A DNA stretch of 64,000 bases from Alphaproteobacteria bacterium (GCA_017409215.1 JAFQTD010000029.1:64106-128105), one strand, 5' to 3'; shown: positions 43,986-52,551, numbered from the stretch's first letter. Numbers and translations are program-made. Notes: a model not told the origin generated them from the sequence alone.

Positions 43986-44011
43986 AAAAATCCCCCATGG
44001 GGGTGGGGGAT
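43986..44011 (-). terminator. Rho-independent terminator of the Cys-rich protein gene
   Basis: Stem ATCCCCC/GGGGGAT followed by a T-run on the minus strand. Confidence 0.7.
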
Positions 44012-44037
44012 TTGTGTCGATTAAATTTGGAATATTT

Positions 44038-47000
44038 CTATTCCGATAGCTGTGTCGAAATCATATCGCCATACATACCGATTTCGTCAGCACCGATAAA
44101 GCAACGGATTTTCGACCCCAGATTGTCCATGAATTCTTGATAGGCTTCTTGTTCGGCCTTGTCAAGTTTTGCGTTGTGAGCATCTTGGACAATGTGATAT
44201 ACGGTTAATCCACCCGCCAGTGCAGTACCCGCACCAACAATTGCCGCACCGCCCCATTTTTGGAACCAGCCATCGCTGTCTTCCATATTGATTGCGCCGG
44301 CATAAGTGCTTGTACATGCGTCTAACATTGTTTTTAAAGCTCCTGCTGCTGCTGCTGCTTCGTCTGTATTCGAATCGGATATTTCCGTGCTATCGTTTGG
44401 AGCGTTACCCCATATAGCTGCATTGTTGATTAATGCAGAGGATTTTGTTTTATCAGAAGCGGCAATATGTGCATCGCGTATTTCGTTCTCTATATCTCTG
44501 CAATCTTCTAGATCGTTTGCGTTGTTGTTGCAAAGGGTTCGTACACCGCTGGAAAGGTTTTCGGCGGCGGTAATTGCCTCTGTTGCGGTGGATTGCGCTT
44601 CTTTCCACTGAGCCAGAGATGAACCTGAAGCCCCAGGCGCTGTAGACCAAGAATTAAATTGTTGTATGGCAAGGCGTGCTTTGTTTTCGCAAATTTCAGC
44701 ATTTTTCTTTAGTTTGTTTGCGGTATTATCACGCAGTTTGTTTTTCTTGTTCAAACCACCGATTTTGCCGTCAGCAATTGCGTTGCCCAGGAATGCACCA
44801 CCAGTACCCAGACCCAATGCAGCAGCGGCAGTTATCCAACCTTTTTGGCGCTTTGCCTTGGCGGTGGCATTGCCATCGCGGTCTTCCAAACCGGTGGCAG
44901 CGCGTCCTTCTTGCGCGGCGGCATCGGCCAATTCCGCCAGGTCATCAGCTGATAACCATGAACCACAGGTAAATGTATCACCCAATGCAAAGTATGCAGT
45001 TGACCATGATGCATTGTTCTTTATCGCATCTTGGATGTTTTTGTCGTCAGATTGCAATGTGACACGCACACGACAGAATGATCCGTACAGGTCGTTACTG
45101 GCCACGAATTGATTCGTGCTGAGACCAGAAATCGCATAGTTCTTTGGTACGTTTCTGCTCTTTAATTTTACCCACATATATGTAGATCCGTTGTCAGCAT
45201 TGCCCAAAATACCACCCGAATTTGTCGACAGACACATATTTTGTTCACGTGTCAACTTTGCGTTGTATTTCGCCTGGGCCTCTTTTTCAATATCGTAGAC
45301 CAGATCCTTGAATAAGCTGTTTGCAGCTTGTTCTTGCTTGTATGTGGTGACCGATATGTATACTGGTTTGTCATAGGCTGCGCCATTTTCGTCAAAGTCA
45401 TAACATGTACCTTCGACACCAGCAGCATTAGTGCATACATCGTTACCGTTTGCATCAATCTTTTTTACTTGGTCTGTTTGGGCGGTTACGCTGGTTGCAC
45501 TGCCGGCATCATACCAACCAGAACGTACAGAATCAGCATTGCCCCAAGTGTTGGCCATATTGTTGTCCATGTTCATGTCAAGTTTTGCTGTCTCAATCGC
45601 AAGGTGTTCCGCGCAAACGTCAGAGTTTTTCACTGCGTTTACACATAGCCCCAGGATGATTGTGTAATCCAGTACACCGCCAACCTTGTTCATTGATTTG
45701 TCAAATGATGCGTTGCCTGTGTTTGTTAAGTTGGACATCACATCTGTACGATTGCGATAGCAATTTACATAGTCGGCACCACACATGGATTTTACACAGC
45801 TGGTCGCCAATGTTTGACATTGCTTTTTCATTTGTGCAATTGCAACATCGTTGTATGAATTGTTTAATGTCGCATCCAGGTTCGCAACAACACCAATTGG
45901 GTCCATTTTTGTTTCTGCCTGTGGGAATAGAATTTCAAATGCATCGCCCTTGTTATATGCGTAATCAAAGCCACCAGTGGATGTTGGGTTTTGTGCCGCA
46001 TAGATACAGTTCGGGTCAGTGTTTACAACAGATGCACAGCCTTTTTGAATCTGGGCATATGTGTTTTTGCCGTTTATGCCACCGGCACTGGCCAATTTGT
46101 AGCACGCAGCACCAGACCCGCCACCACAAGTGCGCATTGCACAGGCGCGGATTGTTTGTGTGCATTTATCCTTGGCTTCGGTATCAAATTTGTTTACCAA
46201 GTCAGAAATCTTGGATGTCATGCCAGAATTCATACGTGTGGAATATGCCTGGGCAAATACGTCTTCTTGGTTGAATTCGTCACGTAATTCAGAATTTGTT
46301 GGCATTTTGCCTTCGCCAATAAATGTTGCATAGCAATATTTGTTTTGGCCAATTGTATCCATACATTCGCCACGAACATATTTGTTTATGTCTGTTTTGC
46401 TGAGTGTGGTCATCATTGCATCTTCGGTTGGGCCACCAAATGCATTCATATCACCGCGCAAGATATATTCAGCAGATTTTATTATGCCCTGAGGTGTGTT
46501 CTCATAACATTTGTATGGGTTTTTAGTACATGCATTTAATATGCATTGGTCAACCACGCGATAGCAGGTCGATACCGCGTTAATTGCGGCATTTGTTGCG
46601 CCATCTGTAATCATTATGCCGATGCGACTGCTGCCGTCTGGGTCAACAGTACGTGATGCAGAACCAAATAGTTCTTTTAGACCGTCGCTTTGGCAACGCG
46701 CAAGTACGGAATCGCATGCAATGCGTTGCTTTTTGAATTCTTTGTTAGATGTGCATAGTTCAAATTCAGAACCGCATACGTTTTCGCGATTTAGGCATGT
46801 TGTATAACGACGAACACAATTTGATGTGTCGTACATATTCGATATCGCACCAGCTGTAATCAACTGACCCAGCGCGCTGTCGTCCATGGGATATGTGTAG
46901 TCGGTGACTTCGTCGTATTCATTTTTTGTTGCAACGTTTGATAAAACGTCCATGTTGGATGTTCCAAACAGCCGTTGTATGCCACCGTTCGAGCATTGGT

Positions 47001-47355
47001 ATAATGTGCTGAGGCATTGTGGCATCTTGGCATGAAATAAAACCTTGTTCGTGCATTCTTCAAAATTGGAACCGCACACATCGGTATCTTTGATACAGGT
47101 CAGGTATTCATCAACACACTTTGTGTCGTCTAGTAAAGATGAGCTGGCACTGGTCGTTGTGACAGTGGCAACAGTACCACCGCTGGACTTTGCAAGTGCA
47201 GATGCAAGTGTTGGCATACGACGCCCAGATGCGCTGACCGCGGCCGCCCCCTTGCCAACAGGCATAACCCCAGGACGCGCAGTCACACCATGTGCAACAG
47301 AAACGACGCTGAACGCAAAGATTAAACTGAATGTGTGTTTTAAAAATGATGGCAT
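44038..47355 (-). CDS. roughly 1105-aa secreted Cys-rich protein with an embedded copy of the 10154/39698 domain, two glycine zippers and the shared C-terminal tail
   Basis: The ATG at 47355 lies 6 nt after AGGAG. Signal peptide MPSFLKHTFSLIFAFSVVSVAHG. About 40 Cys, with repeated C-x6-C-x6-C-x6-C-x12-C-x6-C blocks. The tail is GTALAGGL...IRCFIGADEIGMYGD. Confidence 0.65.
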   Translation of the reverse strand: MPSFLKHTFSLIFAFSVVSVAHGVTARPGVMPVGKGAAAVSASGRRMPTLASALAKSSGGTVATVTTTSASSSLLDDTKCVDEYLTCIKDTDVCGSNFEECTNKVLFHAKMPQCLSTLYQCSNGGIQRLFGTSNMDVLSNVATKNEYDEVTDYTYPMDDSALGQLITAGAISNMYDTSNCVRRYTTCLNRENVCGSEFELCTSNKEFKKQRIACDSVLARCQSDGLKELFGSASRTVDPDGSSRIGIMITDGATNAAINAVSTCYRVVDQCILNACTKNPYKCYENTPQGIIKSAEYILRGDMNAFGGPTEDAMMTTLSKTDINKYVRGECMDTIGQNKYCYATFIGEGKMPTNSELRDEFNQEDVFAQAYSTRMNSGMTSKISDLVNKFDTEAKDKCTQTIRACAMRTCGGGSGAACYKLASAGGINGKNTYAQIQKGCASVVNTDPNCIYAAQNPTSTGGFDYAYNKGDAFEILFPQAETKMDPIGVVANLDATLNNSYNDVAIAQMKKQCQTLATSCVKSMCGADYVNCYRNRTDVMSNLTNTGNASFDKSMNKVGGVLDYTIILGLCVNAVKNSDVCAEHLAIETAKLDMNMDNNMANTWGNADSVRSGWYDAGSATSVTAQTDQVKKIDANGNDVCTNAAGVEGTCYDFDENGAAYDKPVYISVTTYKQEQAANSLFKDLVYDIEKEAQAKYNAKLTREQNMCLSTNSGGILGNADNGSTYMWVKLKSRNVPKNYAISGLSTNQFVASNDLYGSFCRVRVTLQSDDKNIQDAIKNNASWSTAYFALGDTFTCGSWLSADDLAELADAAAQEGRAATGLEDRDGNATAKAKRQKGWITAAAALGLGTGGAFLGNAIADGKIGGLNKKNKLRDNTANKLKKNAEICENKARLAIQQFNSWSTAPGASGSSLAQWKEAQSTATEAITAAENLSSGVRTLCNNNANDLEDCRDIENEIRDAHIAASDKTKSSALINNAAIWGNAPNDSTEISDSNTDEAAAAAGALKTMLDACTSTYAGAINMEDSDGWFQKWGGAAIVGAGTALAGGLTVYHIVQDAHNAKLDKAEQEAYQEFMDNLGSKIRCFIGADEIGMYGDMISTQLSE

Positions 47356-47429
47356 TCCCAACTCCTGTATTTATACTTATTTTTTATTCTAGCATAATTT
47401 AGCAACATTAAAAAGCAAAAAATCGTGCA

Positions 47430-48167
47430 TTAGAATAAAATGTTTACTTGTGCGCCAACTTGGATGTCGTCGCTTTCAAATTCATAGTCAATATGGCCCG
47501 AGTATTGTGTGCGGCCAAATTGCCGAACCAGATTAAAATGTAGCCATTCTTGGTCGTAATCTTGACCCGTTAGACGGTCTTGGTTGGTGGCGACACGTAT
47601 CGTTAGGCCGGTACCAAAACGCCAGTCGGGGGCAATTCTAAAATATGCCTGGGGGATAAAATCAAGGTATGCCATTCCCCGTAAATCGTCAAATATCCAA
47701 CTGGACTTTATCGTGCCAGATAGTGTCATCCCGGCCCATTGACGACCAAAACGAAGCCCCGCATAATAGGTTGAATCTGCATAGTATGGGGTGCGTACTT
47801 GGCTGCTGCCACCGAATTTGAAGCCAAATAGTACGTCCGATATTATGCCCGAATTGTTGTCGCTGGCGGTTGCAATACGATAGGTTGCCCCAAGGTCGGT
47901 CGCAGCAAAACCGTCTTCGTTGCCGTTAAAGTCGTGTTGATAGTGTATGTTTATACCAACAGATAAACGATCGTTTAGGCCGTATGATAATGATTGACCC
48001 GCACGTAAAATATGGTCCCAATATGTTATGGTTGATTTTGATAAAACGCTGGACATCGGTTGTATGTATAATGGGTCAGATGTGTCGTTATCCAGAATGT
48101 TTGAATGACCAAGGGTCGGGATTAATAGTGATAATACAATGAATATTCTTGATAAAAAATTGTGCAT
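47430..48167 (-). CDS. small outer-membrane beta-barrel protein (about 245 aa)
   Basis: Signal peptide MHNFLSRIFIVLSLLIPTLG, alternating hydrophobic beta-strand pattern rich in Y/G/D/N, and a C-terminal ...VNILF with terminal Phe. Confidence 0.55.
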   Translation of the reverse strand: MHNFLSRIFIVLSLLIPTLGHSNILDNDTSDPLYIQPMSSVLSKSTITYWDHILRAGQSLSYGLNDRLSVGINIHYQHDFNGNEDGFAATDLGATYRIATASDNNSGIISDVLFGFKFGGSSQVRTPYYADSTYYAGLRFGRQWAGMTLSGTIKSSWIFDDLRGMAYLDFIPQAYFRIAPDWRFGTGLTIRVATNQDRLTGQDYDQEWLHFNLVRQFGRTQYSGHIDYEFESDDIQVGAQVNILF

Positions 48168-48236
48168 GGAAATTCTCTCTCGCTTGTGAAAAAAAAGCAT
48201 TTTTGCCCCCAAGTATTATGCTTGGGGGCATGGGGG

Positions 48237-49535
48237 TTAGAATTGGAATATTGCCTGAACACCAATTGTGGTTTCTGCAATATTATCCACCTTTACTGTG
48301 CCAAAATGGGTTAGTTGATTTAGAGGAAATACTGTCCCGTCTGCTGGATTTTGAGCCTCTATATGTGGTTCCATCCAGTATAAATCAAGGTTTTTGTCGT
48401 TCGCACTGTCAAAGAATGCTGTCTTGGCATACAGATTTAATGCAAACCAATCGTTTGGTTGCCAGCCAAGCGCACCCTTGATGGATGCCTGGTTGTGCCA
48501 GTCGTAATGACCAAATACACCTTCTAGGTTCAAGGTCCAGTCTTCGTTCAACACACTGAACATACCCAGACCGCCTTCGATGTAGATGGCATTGCTGCTG
48601 CCAACCTGATATGGGATATAGAATGCTGCAGGTTTACCATTTTCGTCAAAACCAGTAATCCCATTGCCATAGGAGTTCCCATCCAGGTCAAGATACCATG
48701 CGCGCGCCAATCCATAAATAGTGGATTTTGATACTTTATAACCAGCCTTGATGTCAATCAGGAAGTTGTTTGATATGTCTTGCTGATGTTGAAAGTATGC
48801 GGATGCGGTCGCAATCCATTGGTCGTTATCAATAAAGCGCCACTGTGCACCAAGACCAAATATGTTCAGACCATCGTCGTCCATTGTGTCGGCAGGTGCG
48901 CCATTGTCATATTCGAACTTGTAATCGTTCATATCATATTCAAGCAAGCCAACCAATGCGATTTGGTCGTTAATACCATAACTAAAATGTTCTTTGATGG
49001 AAATTTGGTCTGCCTTCCATTTGCCACCAACGCCATTTAGTGCCAGTGAAAATGGGTCACTGCTGCCCGCTGGGCGAATTGGCAATGTTTGATTAATTAC
49101 AAAATCATACGAGTTGTTGGTAAAACCAATGTCCGTAATGGAACCAAATTTTTCACCCAATGGTTGGAAGAATGGGTGTGCAAGATAATATTTGCGACGC
49201 ATCTTGGTCGTCACAGTTTCAGAACGGGTCTTGCGTACGGTGGTTTTTGTTGCAGTCGCAGCAGGAGAATTTGCCGCAGTATAGGATTTGTACATTGTGT
49301 TGCGATTTGCAGGCTTTACATAGTACATATCACTATTGTTTTTTGTTTCGTACGTTTTGGTTGTTGTACGGGTTGTGTATTTTCTGTAATTTATGCTGTT
49401 TTGTTCGCGTGTTGCAGGCGCGTCAGATAGGTTGGCGGTTGTACCAGCGCGTGCGCCGACGTTGGTTGCGGCAGTGGCAGTACCAGTGCCGATAATGGCC
49501 AATGCGCCAAGAAATAATGGTAATGTTCTTTTCAT
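48237..49535 (-). CDS. outer-membrane beta-barrel protein (about 432 aa) with a Thr/Lys/Arg/Tyr-rich N-terminal extension
   Basis: The ATG at 49535 is preceded by AAAGGAG. Signal peptide MKRTLPLFLGALAIIGTGTATA. The first roughly 110 aa are low-complexity, followed by a beta-strand pattern and a C-terminal ...VQAIFQF. Confidence 0.55.
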   Translation of the reverse strand: MKRTLPLFLGALAIIGTGTATAATNVGARAGTTANLSDAPATREQNSINYRKYTTRTTTKTYETKNNSDMYYVKPANRNTMYKSYTAANSPAATATKTTVRKTRSETVTTKMRRKYYLAHPFFQPLGEKFGSITDIGFTNNSYDFVINQTLPIRPAGSSDPFSLALNGVGGKWKADQISIKEHFSYGINDQIALVGLLEYDMNDYKFEYDNGAPADTMDDDGLNIFGLGAQWRFIDNDQWIATASAYFQHQQDISNNFLIDIKAGYKVSKSTIYGLARAWYLDLDGNSYGNGITGFDENGKPAAFYIPYQVGSSNAIYIEGGLGMFSVLNEDWTLNLEGVFGHYDWHNQASIKGALGWQPNDWFALNLYAKTAFFDSANDKNLDLYWMEPHIEAQNPADGTVFPLNQLTHFGTVKVDNIAETTIGVQAIFQF

Positions 49536-49580
49536 GTTAAATCTCCTTTTGATTGTGATTATAGCATAAATATTTATCAT

Positions 49581-49613
49581 AAAAAAGAAAAAAACAGCGC
49601 GAATTTCGCGCTG
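49581..49613 (-). terminator. Rho-independent terminator of the acyl-CoA synthetase gene
   Basis: Stem CAGCGCG/CGCGCTG followed on the minus strand by TTTTTTTCTTTTTT. Confidence 0.75.
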
Positions 49614-49623
49614 AATATGGTTT

Positions 49624-51312
49624 TTATTTGTCTGATTCCTTGTTTAAACCGATGGTGTTCTTGATGGGGTCAACGATGCTTTCCTTGGCGCTGTCAAGTG
49701 TGCGTATTAGTGCGCGTCTGATTTTTCCGCTGATTGTCATAGGCAGGGTTTCGACAAATTCAATAACGCGTGGGCATTTATAGTGTGCGGTGTGTGATTT
49801 GACGTGGTCTTGGATTTGACGGACCAATGCATCTGTTGGTTGAAAGTATTTGTTCAATACAATTGTTGCTTTGACTGCCATTCCGCGTGATTTGTCCGGA
49901 ATCCCAGTGACGGCAACTTCGCGAACAGATGGGTGTTCCATTAGAACACTTTCGACTTCAAATGGGCTGACGCGATAACCGCTGGTCTTTATAAGGTCGT
50001 CGTTGCGACCAACAAACCAATAGTAGCCGTCGGAATCACGATATGCCATGTCACCTGTGTGATAGTAGCCGTCGCGATTTACATTGGATGTTTGCTTTTC
50101 GTTCTTGTGATAGCCTTGGAATAATCCGATTGGTTTGTTGTCCTTGATTGATACGCAAATTTCGCCAACTGTGTTGGCTTCGCTGATTGCGCGACCGCGT
50201 TCGTCAAGTAAGGATATGTTCCAACCAGCGGCAGGCATACCCATTGCACCGGGTTTTGGGGTAAGCCATTCGTTGTTAAATAACATTACGCAGGTTTCGG
50301 TCTGACCAAAGCCTTCGCGTAATTCAATGCCGGTATTCTTGTAGAATCTTTCATAGACTTCGGGGTTAAGTGCTTCGCCTGCAACGGCCGCCTTGCGCAG
50401 TGATGATAGGTCGTATTTTGACATATTTGTATTTATTATCATCTTGTATGCTGTTGGTGGGGCGCAAAATGATGTTATTTTATGTGTTGAAATCGCTGAT
50501 AATAAATCGTGCGCTGTAAAAACGCGACTGAAATCAAATATAAATACTGTGGCACCAGCCAGCCATTGACCATACATCTTGCCCCACGAACATTTTGCCC
50601 AGCCAGATTCTGAAAGTGTAAAGTGTATATCGTCGTCTGTTAGTTGTTGCCAGAAAATCGCAGTGTTTATGTGTCCCAGTGGGTATGTAAAGTTGTGGGC
50701 GACCATCTTTGGATTGTCGGTTGTGCCACTGGTGAAATAAACAACCATTGTATCTGTGTTTTGATTTGGTATGCGTTCAAAGGTTGTTGGGTATTCTGTA
50801 CAGGCACGTGTAATTTCAGAACAGTCTATGATTTGTACTGCGTCGGTTTCTGTTATTGCTTTTTCTATTTCACTTTTGATTGTGCCGTCGTCAAATGCAA
50901 TGATTGTATGTGCATCAGATGCATTAATTCTGTATTTGATATCTTCGCTTTTTAGTTGGTTCGTTGATGGAATTGGTATCGCGCCCAATTTATGCATGGC
51001 CATCATTAATACCCAATATTCCCATCGGCGACGCAAAAATAATAAAACGGTGTCGCCTGGGTGAATGCCGCGTGAAGATAAAAAGTTAGCAACCGAATTA
51101 GACATTTGTGATAATTGCTGGAATGATATATTTTTTTTGTCGCCAGTATCGTTAATCCACATAATTGCAATCTTGTCAGGTGTTTCAGATGCGATAACAT
51201 CGATTACGTCGTATGCGAAATTAAAGTTTTCAGGGACGGTCGGAATTGCGTTCTGCATATAGTCTTGATAATTGTCGAATTGTTCCTTGCTTAAAAATCG
51301 TGTCGCAAACAT
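49624..51312 (-). CDS. AMP-forming acyl-CoA synthetase (ANL superfamily)
   Basis: YFTSGTTDNPKMV AMP-binding motif, YHTGDMAYRDSDGYYWFVGRNDDLIKTSGYRVSPFEVE, and C-terminal GKIRR. Confidence 0.8.
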   Translation of the reverse strand: MFATRFLSKEQFDNYQDYMQNAIPTVPENFNFAYDVIDVIASETPDKIAIMWINDTGDKKNISFQQLSQMSNSVANFLSSRGIHPGDTVLLFLRRRWEYWVLMMAMHKLGAIPIPSTNQLKSEDIKYRINASDAHTIIAFDDGTIKSEIEKAITETDAVQIIDCSEITRACTEYPTTFERIPNQNTDTMVVYFTSGTTDNPKMVAHNFTYPLGHINTAIFWQQLTDDDIHFTLSESGWAKCSWGKMYGQWLAGATVFIFDFSRVFTAHDLLSAISTHKITSFCAPPTAYKMIINTNMSKYDLSSLRKAAVAGEALNPEVYERFYKNTGIELREGFGQTETCVMLFNNEWLTPKPGAMGMPAAGWNISLLDERGRAISEANTVGEICVSIKDNKPIGLFQGYHKNEKQTSNVNRDGYYHTGDMAYRDSDGYYWFVGRNDDLIKTSGYRVSPFEVESVLMEHPSVREVAVTGIPDKSRGMAVKATIVLNKYFQPTDALVRQIQDHVKSHTAHYKCPRVIEFVETLPMTISGKIRRALIRTLDSAKESIVDPIKNTIGLNKESDK

Positions 51313-51393
51313 ATTAGTTCCTTAGTGTTATGTGTAAAATAAATATGGGGCAGGGCTAAGAATTTTTCAAGTTATAATATGTAATAAAATTAA

Positions 51394-51422
51394 TTGATTT
51401 TTTCTGTGCAAAGGTGCATAAT
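51394..51422 (+). promoter_or_regulatory. sigma70-like promoter candidate for tRNA-Pro
   Basis: TTGATT (51394-51399), a 17-nt spacer and CATAAT (51417-51422), which is 15 nt upstream of the tRNA 5-prime end. Confidence 0.5.
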
Positions 51423-51437
51423 CGCACACAGGAATTA

Positions 51438-51514
<77 letters not shown>

Positions 51515-51524
51515 TGAAATACAA

Positions 51525-51547
51525 ACCGCTTGTAAAAAGTGGTTTTT
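51525..51547 (+). terminator. Rho-independent terminator after tRNA-Pro
   Basis: ACCGCTT-GTAAA-AAGTGGT (one G-U pair) followed by TTTT. Confidence 0.6.
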
Positions 51548-51628
51548 CTGTTGTGTTCTAATACTTACACAGAGTTTGAATGTTAAGAATAAAAAGTGGC
51601 AAAAAATACCACTGTTGAACTTTTGTTA

Positions 51629-52417
51629 TTATTTCTCATGAATATTATAAAATTGCTCTATCAATTGTAATATATCTTTATCCATATATTTTTTTGCTTT
51701 TGTTATTATATTTTTGGGAATGTTAAATCTTAATTCTGCCAGACCACCAGCCATACACGCCAAAGTATCACTGTCGCCACCTAATGATACAGCGTTTCTA
51801 ATGGTATCTTCATAAGAATCTGCATTCAATGCGCAAATAATTGCCTGGGGTACAGAATTTTTACATTGTACATAAAAGCGATTATAATTTGGCCTGATTT
51901 CATCTAAACTTTGATGTAAATTATATTGATATTTATTGCTTATTGTTTCTTTTATTTGTTTTATTGGAATTAAATTTTGAATCATAAAACCAGTCTCTAA
52001 ATAAGCATGGACTGCGTTTAAACTTTCTGGATGATTATGTGTGATTTTTGTAATTTCGTCTGTTTTTTTTAATAAAGATTGCAGGTCTTGCTTTGTGTGA
52101 AAAAGTGGGCTTATACGCATAACGCATCCATTAGAGCTGGAATTTACAGAAATACCTGTGTTAACCCATTGTGAAAATCCTTTGCCAAAAGCGGCGATTT
52201 TACCATTTTCGTAAGTACGATTTTGATATTTTAAGCCCCACTTGCGTAATGTTTCTTTGATTGGTTGTTTTGATATTAAATGTTCGGCAACCGCACAAGT
52301 TAAAATAGTGTCGTCTGTGAAACAGCATGATTCATCAAATAATGAAAAATCCTTGGTTTTTATGTTATGAAATTCAAAACGAGAACCAATTATATCACCA
52401 ATAATAGAACCAAGCAT
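51629..52417 (-). CDS. ADP-ribosylglycohydrolase family protein
   Basis: N-terminal MLGSIIGDIIGSRFEF and C-terminal SLGGDSDTLACMAGGLAE metal-binding motifs are typical of the ARH/DraG family. It is markedly more AT-rich than its neighbours. Confidence 0.8.
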   Translation of the reverse strand: MLGSIIGDIIGSRFEFHNIKTKDFSLFDESCCFTDDTILTCAVAEHLISKQPIKETLRKWGLKYQNRTYENGKIAAFGKGFSQWVNTGISVNSSSNGCVMRISPLFHTKQDLQSLLKKTDEITKITHNHPESLNAVHAYLETGFMIQNLIPIKQIKETISNKYQYNLHQSLDEIRPNYNRFYVQCKNSVPQAIICALNADSYEDTIRNAVSLGGDSDTLACMAGGLAELRFNIPKNIITKAKKYMDKDILQLIEQFYNIHEK

Positions 52418-52520
52418 TTTGGACTCCTAAATATTATATGGTTATTATATACACATTATGAAAAAGTTAAAATTTTTTTTATTAATATCGGTTCTAGAAT
52501 TGCTAATCAAGTGCTGCCAG

Positions 52521-52546
52521 ATAAAAGAAACCGCCGAATGGCGGTT
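52521..52546 (-). terminator. Rho-independent terminator of the 52552-53046 gene
   Basis: Stem AACCGCC/GGCGGTT immediately after the stop codon, with a T-rich tract on the minus strand. Confidence 0.7.
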
Positions 52547-52551
52547 GTTTT

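Noticed and set aside
44306-46807. Many plus-strand ORFs of 60-204 aa (for example 45660-46274 and 44666-45112) inside the Cys-rich protein gene.
   Set aside because: All are antisense to, or out of frame with, one long uninterrupted 1107-codon ORF that has a signal peptide, an RBS and a terminator. The long ORF explains the region.
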